This document shows positions 47,098-55,885 of a DNA stretch of 58,871 nt, piece by piece. The DNA is from Planctomycetota bacterium (GTDB taxonomy: Bacteria; Planctomycetota; Phycisphaerae; UBA1845), in contig JBBTCX010000166.1 of the NCBI GenBank assembly GCA_038043045.1, forward strand, positions 1 through 58,871. The letters are read 5' to 3'. The notes under the pieces are model-generated. The model searched no databases. It was not told the origin of the DNA and worked only from the letters and a program-made list of their open reading frames with translations. Position 1 is the stretch's first letter, and each line of letters starts with the position of its first letter. A program made the translations under genes and the position numbers.

Positions 47098-47125
47098 CGC
47101 CCCGAATTTTAGTCATTGACTCCAT

Positions 47126-47161
47126 AGAAACCTAGCGCCGTCCACGGAGGGACGGCGCTGG
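47126..47161 (-). terminator. Intrinsic terminator downstream of the small lipoprotein gene
   Basis: Stem AGCGCCGTCC (47134-47143) / GGACGGCGCT (47150-47159) with a 6-nt loop, followed on the minus strand by TTTCT. Confidence 0.6.
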
Positions 47162-47206
47162 TTGGAAACCGAGAACGGGATCGGTTCAAAAAACGATCGC
47201 GAAATT

Positions 47207-47464
47207 TTAACGATGGTCGGATTCCGATTCCTCTTCGTCGTGAACTTTTTCCGAAAGAAGGGACAAATCCCCATCACCCGATTTGCAATCCAGTTTCTTA
47301 AATCTCCCGGTGCGGACATTGACGATGTAGATTCCATCGTCGGTAACGACGGCCTGTCTCGCTCCGCTCCCTTCCACGCTGCCTCGATTTCCACAGGCGA
47401 CAATACAGCCGGTATTTCCGAGAATTAGAGCCATGAAACCCATGGCGATCCGAAACGTTCGCAT
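47207..47464 (-). CDS. Small putative lipoprotein
   Basis: SD GGGAG before ATG 47464. MRTFRIAMGFMALILGNTGC signal, a short beta-like core (GIYIVNVRTGRFKKL) and an acidic tail. Confidence 0.55.
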   Translation of the reverse strand: MRTFRIAMGFMALILGNTGCIVACGNRGSVEGSGARQAVVTDDGIYIVNVRTGRFKKLDCKSGDGDLSLLSEKVHDEEESESDHR

Positions 47465-47723
47465 GTTGCAATCTCCCAAGAACGGGCGTCGCGGTTGCTA
47501 CGCACAGCCGCATCAGCCCTAAACAAAGACACTAATTGTGACATGGGAGGAGAGGAACGGTTAGAGGAAGTTGGTCCGCGACATTGGCAACGGACGTATT
47601 CAGACAATTCTTTCAACGCATGGAATCGAATCGGGGGAAACGGGAGTTCAGCGGATGCGCGCCGGCGGTCCCAGATGCTTGATTCCACGGGAGTCGGGCA
47701 AAAGTGCAGCGTATGGGGGTGGT

Positions 47724-48101
47724 TCAGGCTTTTGCGGGAGCGGCTTTGGCGAGGGTTTGGTTGATTTTCTCGCCCAGGGATTCGACGGTAAATGGTTTGA
47801 CGATGTAATTGTTGACGCCGGCTTTGATGGCTTCCAGGACGCGGGATTTTTCGGCTTCGGTCGTGCACATCATAATGGCCACCGACTTGTCGTTTTCTCG
47901 AATTTTGCGAATGAGGGTAATCCCATCCATGTTGGGCATGTTCCAGTCGACAAGAAGCAGATCCGGCTTTTGCTCCGCGAAGACTTTCAAAGCTTGTAGA
48001 CCGTCTTCGGCTTCGACGATTTCGTTGTATCCAAGCTGCTTGAGGACGTTTTTTTGGATGTTTCGAATTGTTCGTGAGTCGTCGACAAGTAGAATTTTCA
48101 C
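47724..48101 (-). CDS. cheY: CheY-like response regulator
   Basis: MKILLVDDS, VDWNMPNMDG, MCTTE and YIVKPF. Confidence 0.88.
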   Translation of the reverse strand: MKILLVDDSRTIRNIQKNVLKQLGYNEIVEAEDGLQALKVFAEQKPDLLLVDWNMPNMDGITLIRKIRENDKSVAIMMCTTEAEKSRVLEAIKAGVNNYIVKPFTVESLGEKINQTLAKAAPAKA

Positions 48102-48604
48102 GTCGCGGCTCCCACGGTCACTTTCTTGTTCGCTGGTTCGGATCGTTTGCCGATCAGCATGCCAATTTCCGCATGAAAAGTCCCGGCATCGGTCCGACAG
48201 GGCACGACGATTCTCGGCGCATCCTTGGAACGTGATACGTTGTGCTTGGGGCCGATCACGACGCTGGGAAGTGAAATGTCAATTCTGAGTCCTTCGAATT
48301 GAGATTTGGCGCCGCCCGCAATCATGTTGGCGAGTTCGCCAATAGCGTCGGCGAAGTCCGGATGGGTCTCGGTCATTTCCACACCTGCGAATTGCGAAGC
48401 GATCTTGGCGGCGACGTCAAAAGAGAAGTGCAGAATAACGGAACCGGCGGCATCTCCGGAGAATCCGATAATGCCGGAAACGTCACCGGAAGGTTCATCG
48501 CCCGATTTCAATTCCGGTTTGCCGAAGGTAACCGGTAGCCTGCACATCGTACCGAGCGCATTTCCGACGGATTTTACGAAAGCGTTGATATAGCGAACGT
48601 CCAA
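48098..48604 (-). CDS. cheX: Chemotaxis phosphatase CheX
   Basis: YINAFVKS, VSGIIGFSGDAAG, DAIGELANMIAG and ISLPSVVIG. Confidence 0.9.
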   Translation of the reverse strand: MDVRYINAFVKSVGNALGTMCRLPVTFGKPELKSGDEPSGDVSGIIGFSGDAAGSVILHFSFDVAAKIASQFAGVEMTETHPDFADAIGELANMIAGGAKSQFEGLRIDISLPSVVIGPKHNVSRSKDAPRIVVPCRTDAGTFHAEIGMLIGKRSEPANKKVTVGAAT

Positions 48605-48848
48605 GCGATAACCCTCACAATCATCTGGATGAACCCGAACCCAACCCGAATAACTTCAGAATTCAGAACCGCTTCGCCTTTGCGGTTATTGGGGAGTATC
48701 GACTGGGTAAGGGATTCGCTGAACTAGGAGGAGTAAATTCAGCATTCGCTGCTGGGAGATTCGCGAGATTGAAGGGGTAACCACGGATTCAAATCATCGA
48801 TTCCGTACTATGTTCTCAAGAGTAGAGGTTTGTTGTTCGATGCCCAAT

Positions 48849-48890
48849 GGAAACGACCGGGACATGATCTGAGTCATGGCAGACGGTCGA
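48849..48890 (+). ncRNA. Candidate structured leader with a kink-turn-like loop upstream of cheW
   Basis: GGAAA-CGACCG-GGA-CATGA-TCTGAG-TCATG-GCAGA-CGGTCG. Confidence 0.3.
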
Positions 48891-49049
48891 GTAAGCCGGC
48901 CGGCGATTCTGGACTTTTGGCGCCCTACAGGTCCCGCGGAAGAGCATCGAGGTAGGTTGGCCGTATTGAAATGGGTCTCGCCCGAATGGGTTGGCTGGCT
49001 TGCGGTCATCGATTGGGGATTGACACGCAGCGCTTTGGATGGGTAACGG

Positions 49050-49565
49050 ATGAACGCAACGATCATCGAGGAAAAGGGATCGATTCGTACATCCGGGGCA
49101 GATTGCAACGATTCAAGTCTGGGTTTGGATCAAGTATCCCAGGTCGTCAGTTTCCGGCTGGGTGACAGTGAATACGGCGTCAACATTCTGCACGTTCAGG
49201 AAATCATCCTGATCGATAAAATTACACGAATTCCGCACGTGCCGAATCATGTTCGCGGACTGATCAATCTGCGGGGTCACGTCATCCCGGTCATTGACTT
49301 GCGCCTGCGATTGGGACAAGCCTCGTCGGAACGAACGGATGAATCCCGGATCGTCGTGTTCAATACCCAGCGTCGGACGGTTGGGTTCATGGTGGACGCG
49401 GTATCGGAAGTCCTTCGGGTGGAACGGAGTCAAATCGAGCCTGCGCCGAATGGGATCCAAAACACAAGTCGGCGGTTTGTCCTAGGTCTGGCGAAGTTGG
49501 GGTCCAAAATGCTCATCCTGTTGGATATCGAACGAATGATTCAATCCGAAACTCACGGCGGCTGA
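49050..49565 (+). CDS. cheW: Chemotaxis coupling protein CheW
   Basis: QVVSFRLGDSEYGVNILHVQEII, VRGLINLRGHVIPVIDLRLRLG and GFMVDAVSEV. Confidence 0.95.
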   Translation: MNATIIEEKGSIRTSGADCNDSSLGLDQVSQVVSFRLGDSEYGVNILHVQEIILIDKITRIPHVPNHVRGLINLRGHVIPVIDLRLRLGQASSERTDESRIVVFNTQRRTVGFMVDAVSEVLRVERSQIEPAPNGIQNTSRRFVLGLAKLGSKMLILLDIERMIQSETHGG

Positions 49566-49601
49566 TGGGCATGACCACGTTCGCTCATCGCGGGCACGGG
49601 A

Positions 49602-50489
49602 ATGGAATGTGAAATGGTGCAAGCTCCTTTGAACATGACGGTCGAGGAATTTCGTCGGATGTCTGATCTCATCCGGGAGCGGACGGGCATTCATCTTCCG
49701 GAGACGAAGTTGACCTTGCTCAGCAACCGCCTGCGCCGCCGCCTTCGGGTTCTCGAATTGTCGACTTATCAAGACTACTACGATCTTCTTTTGGATTCGA
49801 AGAGGTGCGAGGAAGAACTGCCGCACTTTCTTTCGGCGGTGACGACCAACGAGACCTATTTTTTCCGCAATGAGAAACTGTGGGAGTTCATGCGTCAGAA
49901 GTGGATTCCGGAAATTGTCAAAATCAAGGCCGCGAACCGGACCCTTCGTGTATGGAGCGCCGCAAGCAGCAGCGGCGAGGAGGCTTACACGACGGCCATA
50001 TGCTTGCGCGAACACCTTCCAGAGTTTTCGAAGTGGAAAGTCATGGTGATCGGAACCGACATCAGCCAGAAAGTTCTCGACAAAGCACGGGGTGGGGAGT
50101 TCAACGATTACGCAGTTTCCAAAGTCGAGCCGGCGATCCTGAAACGCTGGTTTGATCAGAAAGATGCCGTATTCCACCTCAAGCCTGAAATTCGGCAGAT
50201 CGTACAATTCAAGTTTCACAATCTGCGGGATCGTTTTCAAAACGCCGGATTCGACCTGATCTTTTTGCGAAACGTACTGATGTATTTCGATTTGGAAATG
50301 AAGCAGGTTGTACTTCGCAACGTGCAAGATGCCCTTTCGCCCGGCGGACACTTGATCGTCGGGGATGTCGATCCGATTCGACACACCAAGGAATTGATGT
50401 CCGTCGTAACGCTTGAATCCTGCGGGCCGAATCTCTATCGAAAATCTGAAAAGCACTCCGCGGTCGCGGCAACGGCGGGTCGGAGTTGA
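49602..50489 (+). CDS. cheR: Chemotaxis methyltransferase CheR
   Basis: TTNETYFFRNE, VWSAASSSGEEAYT, GTDIS and FDLIFLRNVLMYFD. Start may be slightly downstream. Confidence 0.95.
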   Translation: MECEMVQAPLNMTVEEFRRMSDLIRERTGIHLPETKLTLLSNRLRRRLRVLELSTYQDYYDLLLDSKRCEEELPHFLSAVTTNETYFFRNEKLWEFMRQKWIPEIVKIKAANRTLRVWSAASSSGEEAYTTAICLREHLPEFSKWKVMVIGTDISQKVLDKARGGEFNDYAVSKVEPAILKRWFDQKDAVFHLKPEIRQIVQFKFHNLRDRFQNAGFDLIFLRNVLMYFDLEMKQVVLRNVQDALSPGGHLIVGDVDPIRHTKELMSVVTLESCGPNLYRKSEKHSAVAATAGRS

Positions 50490-50496
50490 ATCAGCC

Positions 50497-53400
50497 ATGA
50501 GTACGCCGATGGAGATTACGCCGGAGCTCTTGGCGGGATTCCTCGATGAAGCCCCCGAATACCTTGACATGTTGGATGTCGGGTTGATGGAGCTGGAAGG
50601 CCGGGCCAGCAGCGGTCGATTGGTTCTGGATCGCCCCGAAGATCGTGAACAAATGAACACGATGTTTCGGGCGGCTCATAGTTTGAAAGGGCTGGCGGCT
50701 GCATTTGGGTTTCAAAAGATCAAAGAGTTGACGCATCGAATGGAAACGCTTTTTGACCAAGTTCGCATGATGAAACGGGATTTGGCGGCGGAGAGTTTCG
50801 ATACCCTGTTTAGGGTCTTTGATCGGTTGAAGGCGTTGGTTCGAGAGTTAACGGACGAAAACAATCCAAAGGTGCAAATTGATGATATTTTGGAAGCGTT
50901 GGATCGGGTGTTGGCGGAAAGACCAACGTCAGAACCCGCGAAAAGCGACGGACATCCGATGACCGAATCGCATCCACCCGCGGCGACCGTTCAACCGACC
51001 GTTCCATTGGACACAGCCGCGGCGACGACTTCAGCACCCGTTCCCGCGCCCGTGGGTGAAATCTTCGGCGACCCGGAGATGGCCAAGCTCTTCGTCGATA
51101 CGGCGATAGAAGCGGCTGACGCACTGAACGAAGGACTCTTGCAGCTCGAGCGCAATCCGGGAAATACCGAGTTGGTTAATGATATTTTCCGAGCGGCGCA
51201 CAACATCAAAGGCGCGGCGGGCGCGGCCGGGTTGAGCTCGATGCACCGGTTGACGCACCAAATGGAAACGGTGCTGGATCAACTTCGTAGCGGGCGTCTT
51301 ACGTTGAATGAGGAGTTAACGAGTTTGTTGCTGCAAGGAACGGATGCCTTGAGAAACTCTCTGGACTTGATTCGGCAGGGTCGAATCGACGACGGTGCTT
51401 GCGGGAAAATGCTCGACACTTTCTCCAAGCGGAATGAATCGTCGGCGGGAGGGTTATCTCTCCCGCAAGCACGAACCGACGGCAGTCAAGCGCCCTCTGA
51501 AGCAAGATCCTTAACCTGCGAAACCGGCGCTGGGTCAGCCGAAGATTTCCAAGAAGAGAATCTTCCGGTTGAGTTCCTGATTACAGTGACGTTTGCCAAG
51601 GATTTTGCGGAGGCTCCCATCCAGTCCTATCTCATTTACAACAAGCTCAACGAGTTGGGAACGGTGCAACAATCTGTTCCCGATATGGATTCGCTGGGGG
51701 CTGATACTTCCGTTGATTGCGTCGTTTTCACGGTGAGAAGCGAACTTCCTGCGCAACGCATTGAGAGCATTCTGGGTTCGTACTCCGTCGAGAAAGTGAC
51801 CGTCGTCGCAGTCGACCGCGAAGGAAACGGGGCAATCGCAGCAACCGAAACGAAAAAGGCGGTGGCAGTTCAAGGACCGACGAGTCTTGACGCAAATCAG
51901 ACCCAACCGATCGACAATCGATCTTCCGAAGCTGATCCGGCACCGGCTCTTGCCGTCGGTGACCCAGAAATCAAACGGGACCCGGGTGAAGTTTCCAAGA
52001 TTCCTTCTCGCGCGCCGGCGAATTCCGGTTCGGTGACCTCGGCCTCGAAGTCAATCCAGCGTACGGAGTCAACGGAGAATTCCGCCGACCGGGCGACCGC
52101 CAAACAACCGGATGCCCCTGCAACAAAGGCGACGGAGACTCTACGAGTTGATCAAGAGCGTCTGGACCAACTCATGAACTTGGGCGGCGAGTTGGTGATC
52201 AATCGCGCGAGATTTGTTCAGATTCATTGGCGCTTCCGAGAGCTCTTCGAGGGCAACAATCTAGGATACCTCGTGGATGACATGACCGATCGATTCACTC
52301 GATTGTCGGATCAGGTTGAGCAGATTCGCGCGCAGAAGCTGATGACACGCGACGTGGACGACTTGGGAAACCAACTTCTTCATCTTCGCGAAAGTTTTGG
52401 AGTCGTGCGAAACCTCGTACAGCGCGTGCACGGCGTTCGCCCGGTGATGTACGATTTTGATCAGGCGCTTCACGCATTGAATCGCGTGACGGAAGGACTT
52501 CAAAAAGGAATCATGGGGACGCGCATGGTTCCTATCGGGCCGACGTTTGGCCGGTTCAAGAGAGTCGTGCGCGATCTTGCGAAGTCCTGCGGAAAGAGCA
52601 TAGAGCTTGTCCTGCGCGGGGAAACCACGGAAATGGACAAGCGTATGATCGATGAATTGGCCGATCCGCTCACGCACATGGTTCGAAACTCGGTGGATCA
52701 TGGGATCGAAATGCCGGAGGATCGGAAAGCCAAAGGCAAGGACCCGACGGCCACCGTGGTCTTGGAAGCGCTTCACCGCGGCAACAGCATTTGGATTGAA
52801 ATCAGCGATGACGGCGCCGGCGTAAATCTCGATCGCGTAAAGGCCAAAGCTGTTGAACGCGGTTTGGTCACACAAGCCCAAGCGGAGAGCATGAATGACA
52901 AGGACGTGATTCAGTTTGTCATGCAGCCGGGATTCTCGACGGCACCGGTGGTGACCGACCTATCCGGTCGAGGGATGGGCATGGACATCGTGAAGTCCAA
53001 AATCGAGAAACTGAGCGGGACGGTCGAGATTGAAAGCGTTCAAGGCAAGGGTACTCGAGTAGTGATTAAGCTCCCATTGACCCTGGCGATCATTACTTCC
53101 ATGGTGGCCCGACTAGGCGAAGGAGTCTATGCCCTGCCCCTGGAGGCCGTCGTGGAGATCATTACAGTTCGGCGCGCAGACATTCAGTCCATCCAACGTC
53201 GAAGAGTCGTTCGGGTCCGAGAACGAATTGTTCCGGTGGTGACGTTGGAACAGGTGTTTGGATCGACGCTTCCCGAGTTACAGACCCATTCCAAGAGTGG
53301 CGACGAACTGACACTGGTCATCGTTGGGTTCCAGAATGATCAGATGGGACTGATCGTGGATAGTCTGTTGGGGCAGGAAGACGTCGTGATCAAGTCCATT

Positions 53401-53562
53401 GCCGAGAACTATCGAAACGTGAAGGGCATCGCGGGGGCCTCCATTCGGGGCGATGGTACGGTGTCGCTGATTCTCGATGTGGCCGCCATGATGGAAATGG
53501 CCGCACGCACCGCGTCCGTTGAAATCGTCAACGCCACGGAGCCGGCGATGGCAGGAGTCTGA
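50497..53562 (+). CDS. cheA: Chemotaxis histidine kinase CheA with two Hpt domains
   Basis: FRAAHSLKG and FRAAHNIKG, a P2-like region, TLRVDQERLDQLMNLGGELVI, RNSVDHGIE, DDGAG, GFST, SGRGMGMD and a C-terminal CheW domain. Start ATG 50497. Confidence 0.96.
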   Translation: MSTPMEITPELLAGFLDEAPEYLDMLDVGLMELEGRASSGRLVLDRPEDREQMNTMFRAAHSLKGLAAAFGFQKIKELTHRMETLFDQVRMMKRDLAAESFDTLFRVFDRLKALVRELTDENNPKVQIDDILEALDRVLAERPTSEPAKSDGHPMTESHPPAATVQPTVPLDTAAATTSAPVPAPVGEIFGDPEMAKLFVDTAIEAADALNEGLLQLERNPGNTELVNDIFRAAHNIKGAAGAAGLSSMHRLTHQMETVLDQLRSGRLTLNEELTSLLLQGTDALRNSLDLIRQGRIDDGACGKMLDTFSKRNESSAGGLSLPQARTDGSQAPSEARSLTCETGAGSAEDFQEENLPVEFLITVTFAKDFAEAPIQSYLIYNKLNELGTVQQSVPDMDSLGADTSVDCVVFTVRSELPAQRIESILGSYSVEKVTVVAVDREGNGAIAATETKKAVAVQGPTSLDANQTQPIDNRSSEADPAPALAVGDPEIKRDPGEVSKIPSRAPANSGSVTSASKSIQRTESTENSADRATAKQPDAPATKATETLRVDQERLDQLMNLGGELVINRARFVQIHWRFRELFEGNNLGYLVDDMTDRFTRLSDQVEQIRAQKLMTRDVDDLGNQLLHLRESFGVVRNLVQRVHGVRPVMYDFDQALHALNRVTEGLQKGIMGTRMVPIGPTFGRFKRVVRDLAKSCGKSIELVLRGETTEMDKRMIDELADPLTHMVRNSVDHGIEMPEDRKAKGKDPTATVVLEALHRGNSIWIEISDDGAGVNLDRVKAKAVERGLVTQAQAESMNDKDVIQFVMQPGFSTAPVVTDLSGRGMGMDIVKSKIEKLSGTVEIESVQGKGTRVVIKLPLTLAIITSMVARLGEGVYALPLEAVVEIITVRRADIQSIQRRRVVRVRERIVPVVTLEQVFGSTLPELQTHSKSGDELTLVIVGFQNDQMGLIVDSLLGQEDVVIKSIAENYRNVKGIAGASIRGDGTVSLILDVAAMMEMAARTASVEIVNATEPAMAGV

Positions 53563-53566
53563 ATCA

Positions 53567-54757
53567 ATGAGTACACATGTCGCGGATAGCCCACTGGCGT
53601 TGGCGTTGCGTACGGTGGCGGTGAATGGGGCGTACAATGCCTCGAGAGCCCTTTCAAAATGGCTGAGGCGCGGCGTTCGTTTGCATACCGATGGATTTGA
53701 GGAGGTGTCGATTGGGGATGCTTCTTCCATCCTTGGGGATCCGGAAACCGCGATCGCCGGTATTCACCTTCCCTTGAAAGGGGATGTCACGGGGCACATG
53801 TTGCTCGCTTTTCCGGAGGATGTCGCGCTGTCGCTGGTCGATGTTTTAACCCAGCAATCCCTGGGAACGTCGGCGGAATTCGATGAGCTGGCCCAATCAT
53901 GCCTTCAAGAAACGGGTAATATTGTATGCAGCGCTTATGGAAACAGCCTGGCCCACTGGCTGAAGCTCCACATTGAGCCAAACGTTCCGGCCTTTGTGCA
54001 TGACATGGCGAGTTCCATCGTGGACCCGCTTCTTATGGAATCCGCCGTCCTTCACGATTCCGTCCTAGTTGCTCGAACGGACTTTCTCCTGGATGACAAG
54101 AGCCTTCAATGGGCGTTGTTGTTGCTCCCGTCGGCAACGTCGCTGCAAGCGATGGAGCAACGCTGCCAAGTGGATCAAGCTCAGCAATACGCGCTGAAGA
54201 CGATCGCTGTCAACGGTGCGTACAATGCCTCTCGCGCCGTTTCAAAATGGCTGAAACGGGGCGTGAAAATATCCACCGAGGGATTTACGACGATTCCCCT
54301 TGGTGAAATGTCGACGTTGTTTCCAACGGAATCCAAAGTTGTGGCGCTTCAGGTGTCAATACCTGACCCTCTTCGTGGTCATGCCTTGTTTGCGGCGACG
54401 TCGGAAGACGCCTCGCGGCTTGCCAACCTTCTGTTGGGTCGGCCAGCCCACGATCTCACCCCGTTGGGAGAGCTTGAGCGGTCCTCTTTGGAGGAGACCG
54501 GAAACATCATTGTCAGTTCGTTTTTGAACAGTTGGTCCGCTTGGTTGGACATTCGTTTGGAGCCGTCGGCGCCGCACATGGTGGAGGACGCGCCGGAGGC
54601 GGTCATCCAAAGCATCTTGTCCGATCAGGCGGCGGTGAGCGATGAGGTATTTCTTGCTCGAACGGATTTTGTGATGGACGACCAATGGCTGAAATGGGTT
54701 TTTCTCATTCTGCCGGCGCCGTCGGCGATGCGATTGATTGAAGCCATGCGACAATGA
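53567..54757 (+). CDS. cheC: Tandem-duplicated CheC-family phosphatase
   Basis: Two ~195 aa units, each starting TxAVNGAYNASRAxSKWL and containing (Q/E)ETGNI. Start ATG 53567. Confidence 0.85.
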   Translation: MSTHVADSPLALALRTVAVNGAYNASRALSKWLRRGVRLHTDGFEEVSIGDASSILGDPETAIAGIHLPLKGDVTGHMLLAFPEDVALSLVDVLTQQSLGTSAEFDELAQSCLQETGNIVCSAYGNSLAHWLKLHIEPNVPAFVHDMASSIVDPLLMESAVLHDSVLVARTDFLLDDKSLQWALLLLPSATSLQAMEQRCQVDQAQQYALKTIAVNGAYNASRAVSKWLKRGVKISTEGFTTIPLGEMSTLFPTESKVVALQVSIPDPLRGHALFAATSEDASRLANLLLGRPAHDLTPLGELERSSLEETGNIIVSSFLNSWSAWLDIRLEPSAPHMVEDAPEAVIQSILSDQAAVSDEVFLARTDFVMDDQWLKWVFLILPAPSAMRLIEAMRQ

Positions 54758-55287
54758 GAGAAGAGGGAATGGCCGCAACTCAAACGATGCCAGTTTCGAC
54801 AGTTCGATCCACGGAAGCGAGTGGACAGATTCACAGCATCGGCATAGCGGGAATCAAAGTGGTTCGCGCGCCGGATCGAATCAAGACCGTACTTGGGTCG
54901 TGCATCGGCGTGGCCCTTTATGATCGAGAGAGCAAGATCGGCGGTATGTGTCATGTGATCTTGCCAGATTCTCGAGAAGGAGCGGGGGATCCGGCGAAGT
55001 TTGCGGATACGGCCGTGGACTTGCTGCTCCATGAGCTTGTTGTCGCCGGAGCAAAGAAGGACAAACTATTGGCCAAGATTGGCGGCGGGGCATCGATGTT
55101 CGGCGAGGCCAGCGCCGCGGGACTTGGGACGCGTAATGCCGACTCCGTTCGGGCGCGATTGCATCATCATTCGATCAAGTTGGTCGCCGCCGCAGTGGGG
55201 GGAACCAAGGGTCGCAGGATGGTGTTGGATCCGGCAACGGGCGAGGTTCAAGTAGTGATTATCGGCGAAGAAGCTCAAAACCTGTAA
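54754..55287 (+). CDS. cheD: Chemoreceptor glutamine deamidase CheD
   Basis: LGSCIGVALYD, GGMCHVILP, KFAD, AKIGGGASMF and VGGTKGR. Confidence 0.93.
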   Translation: MREEGMAATQTMPVSTVRSTEASGQIHSIGIAGIKVVRAPDRIKTVLGSCIGVALYDRESKIGGMCHVILPDSREGAGDPAKFADTAVDLLLHELVVAGAKKDKLLAKIGGGASMFGEASAAGLGTRNADSVRARLHHHSIKLVAAAVGGTKGRRMVLDPATGEVQVVIIGEEAQNL

Positions 55288-55317
55288 TCGTTCGAAGCAA
55301 CAGCTAAGGAGTCCACC

Positions 55318-55683
55318 GTGGCCACACGAGTTCTCATAGTCGACGACGCGAAGTTCATGCGACACATGATCAAGACCATCCTTTTGGGCATGGGGTATGA
55401 GGTGGTGGGAGAGGCCTGTGACGGCGAAGAGGCGTGCACCAAGTACAAGGAGCTGAAACCGGACATTGTGACTATGGATGTGGTCATGCCCAAAGTCGGC
55501 GGCATTGAAGCTCTCAAAGCGATCCGGGCCGGGGATCCAAGCGCCAAGGTCATTATGATTTCCGCGATCGATCAGCGCGAGCCGCTGATGGAGGCGCTCA
55601 AGCACGGCGCCGTCGATTACGTGGTCAAGCCGTTTGAAAAAGACCGAGTCGAATCCGCCCTGCAAAGAGTGACTGCGGGGTAG
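55318..55683 (+). CDS. cheY: CheY response regulator
   Basis: VLIVDDAKFMR, TMDVVMP, MISA and YVVKPF. SD AAGGAG precedes GTG. Confidence 0.92.
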   Translation: MATRVLIVDDAKFMRHMIKTILLGMGYEVVGEACDGEEACTKYKELKPDIVTMDVVMPKVGGIEALKAIRAGDPSAKVIMISAIDQREPLMEALKHGAVDYVVKPFEKDRVESALQRVTAG

Positions 55684-55768
55684 GGTTCAGCCTGTTTTTT
55701 CTTTCGCTGGGGCCCTCCCCACTTTTCAACTTGCCTCGCCGCCCGTCACAGTTTCGCCTTGCTCCATC

Positions 55769-55797
55769 TTGAGCGAAGCGTCCCGCTCACGTAAACT
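55769..55797 (+). promoter_or_regulatory. Candidate sigma70 promoter for the M42-PP2C pair
   Basis: TTGAGC (55769-55774), 17 nt, TAAACT (55792-55797). Confidence 0.5.
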
Positions 55798-55885
55798 GCG
55801 AGAAGAATAGTCCTGAATTTGCGCTGTGGAAGTGCGGCACTGCCGGCGCAGGGATACGTGGGCGAGTTTAAAGGGAGTAACGGCA

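Noticed and set aside
48667-48687. Hairpin AACCGC...GCGGTT upstream of cheX
   Set aside because: A single 6-bp stem with no further supporting structure.
50413-50496. ORF-track N-terminal extensions of cheA (also cheC 53519, M42 55826, malQ 3125, DUF2330 7423)
   Set aside because: They overlap upstream genes or lack an SD, and better-supported downstream starts exist.
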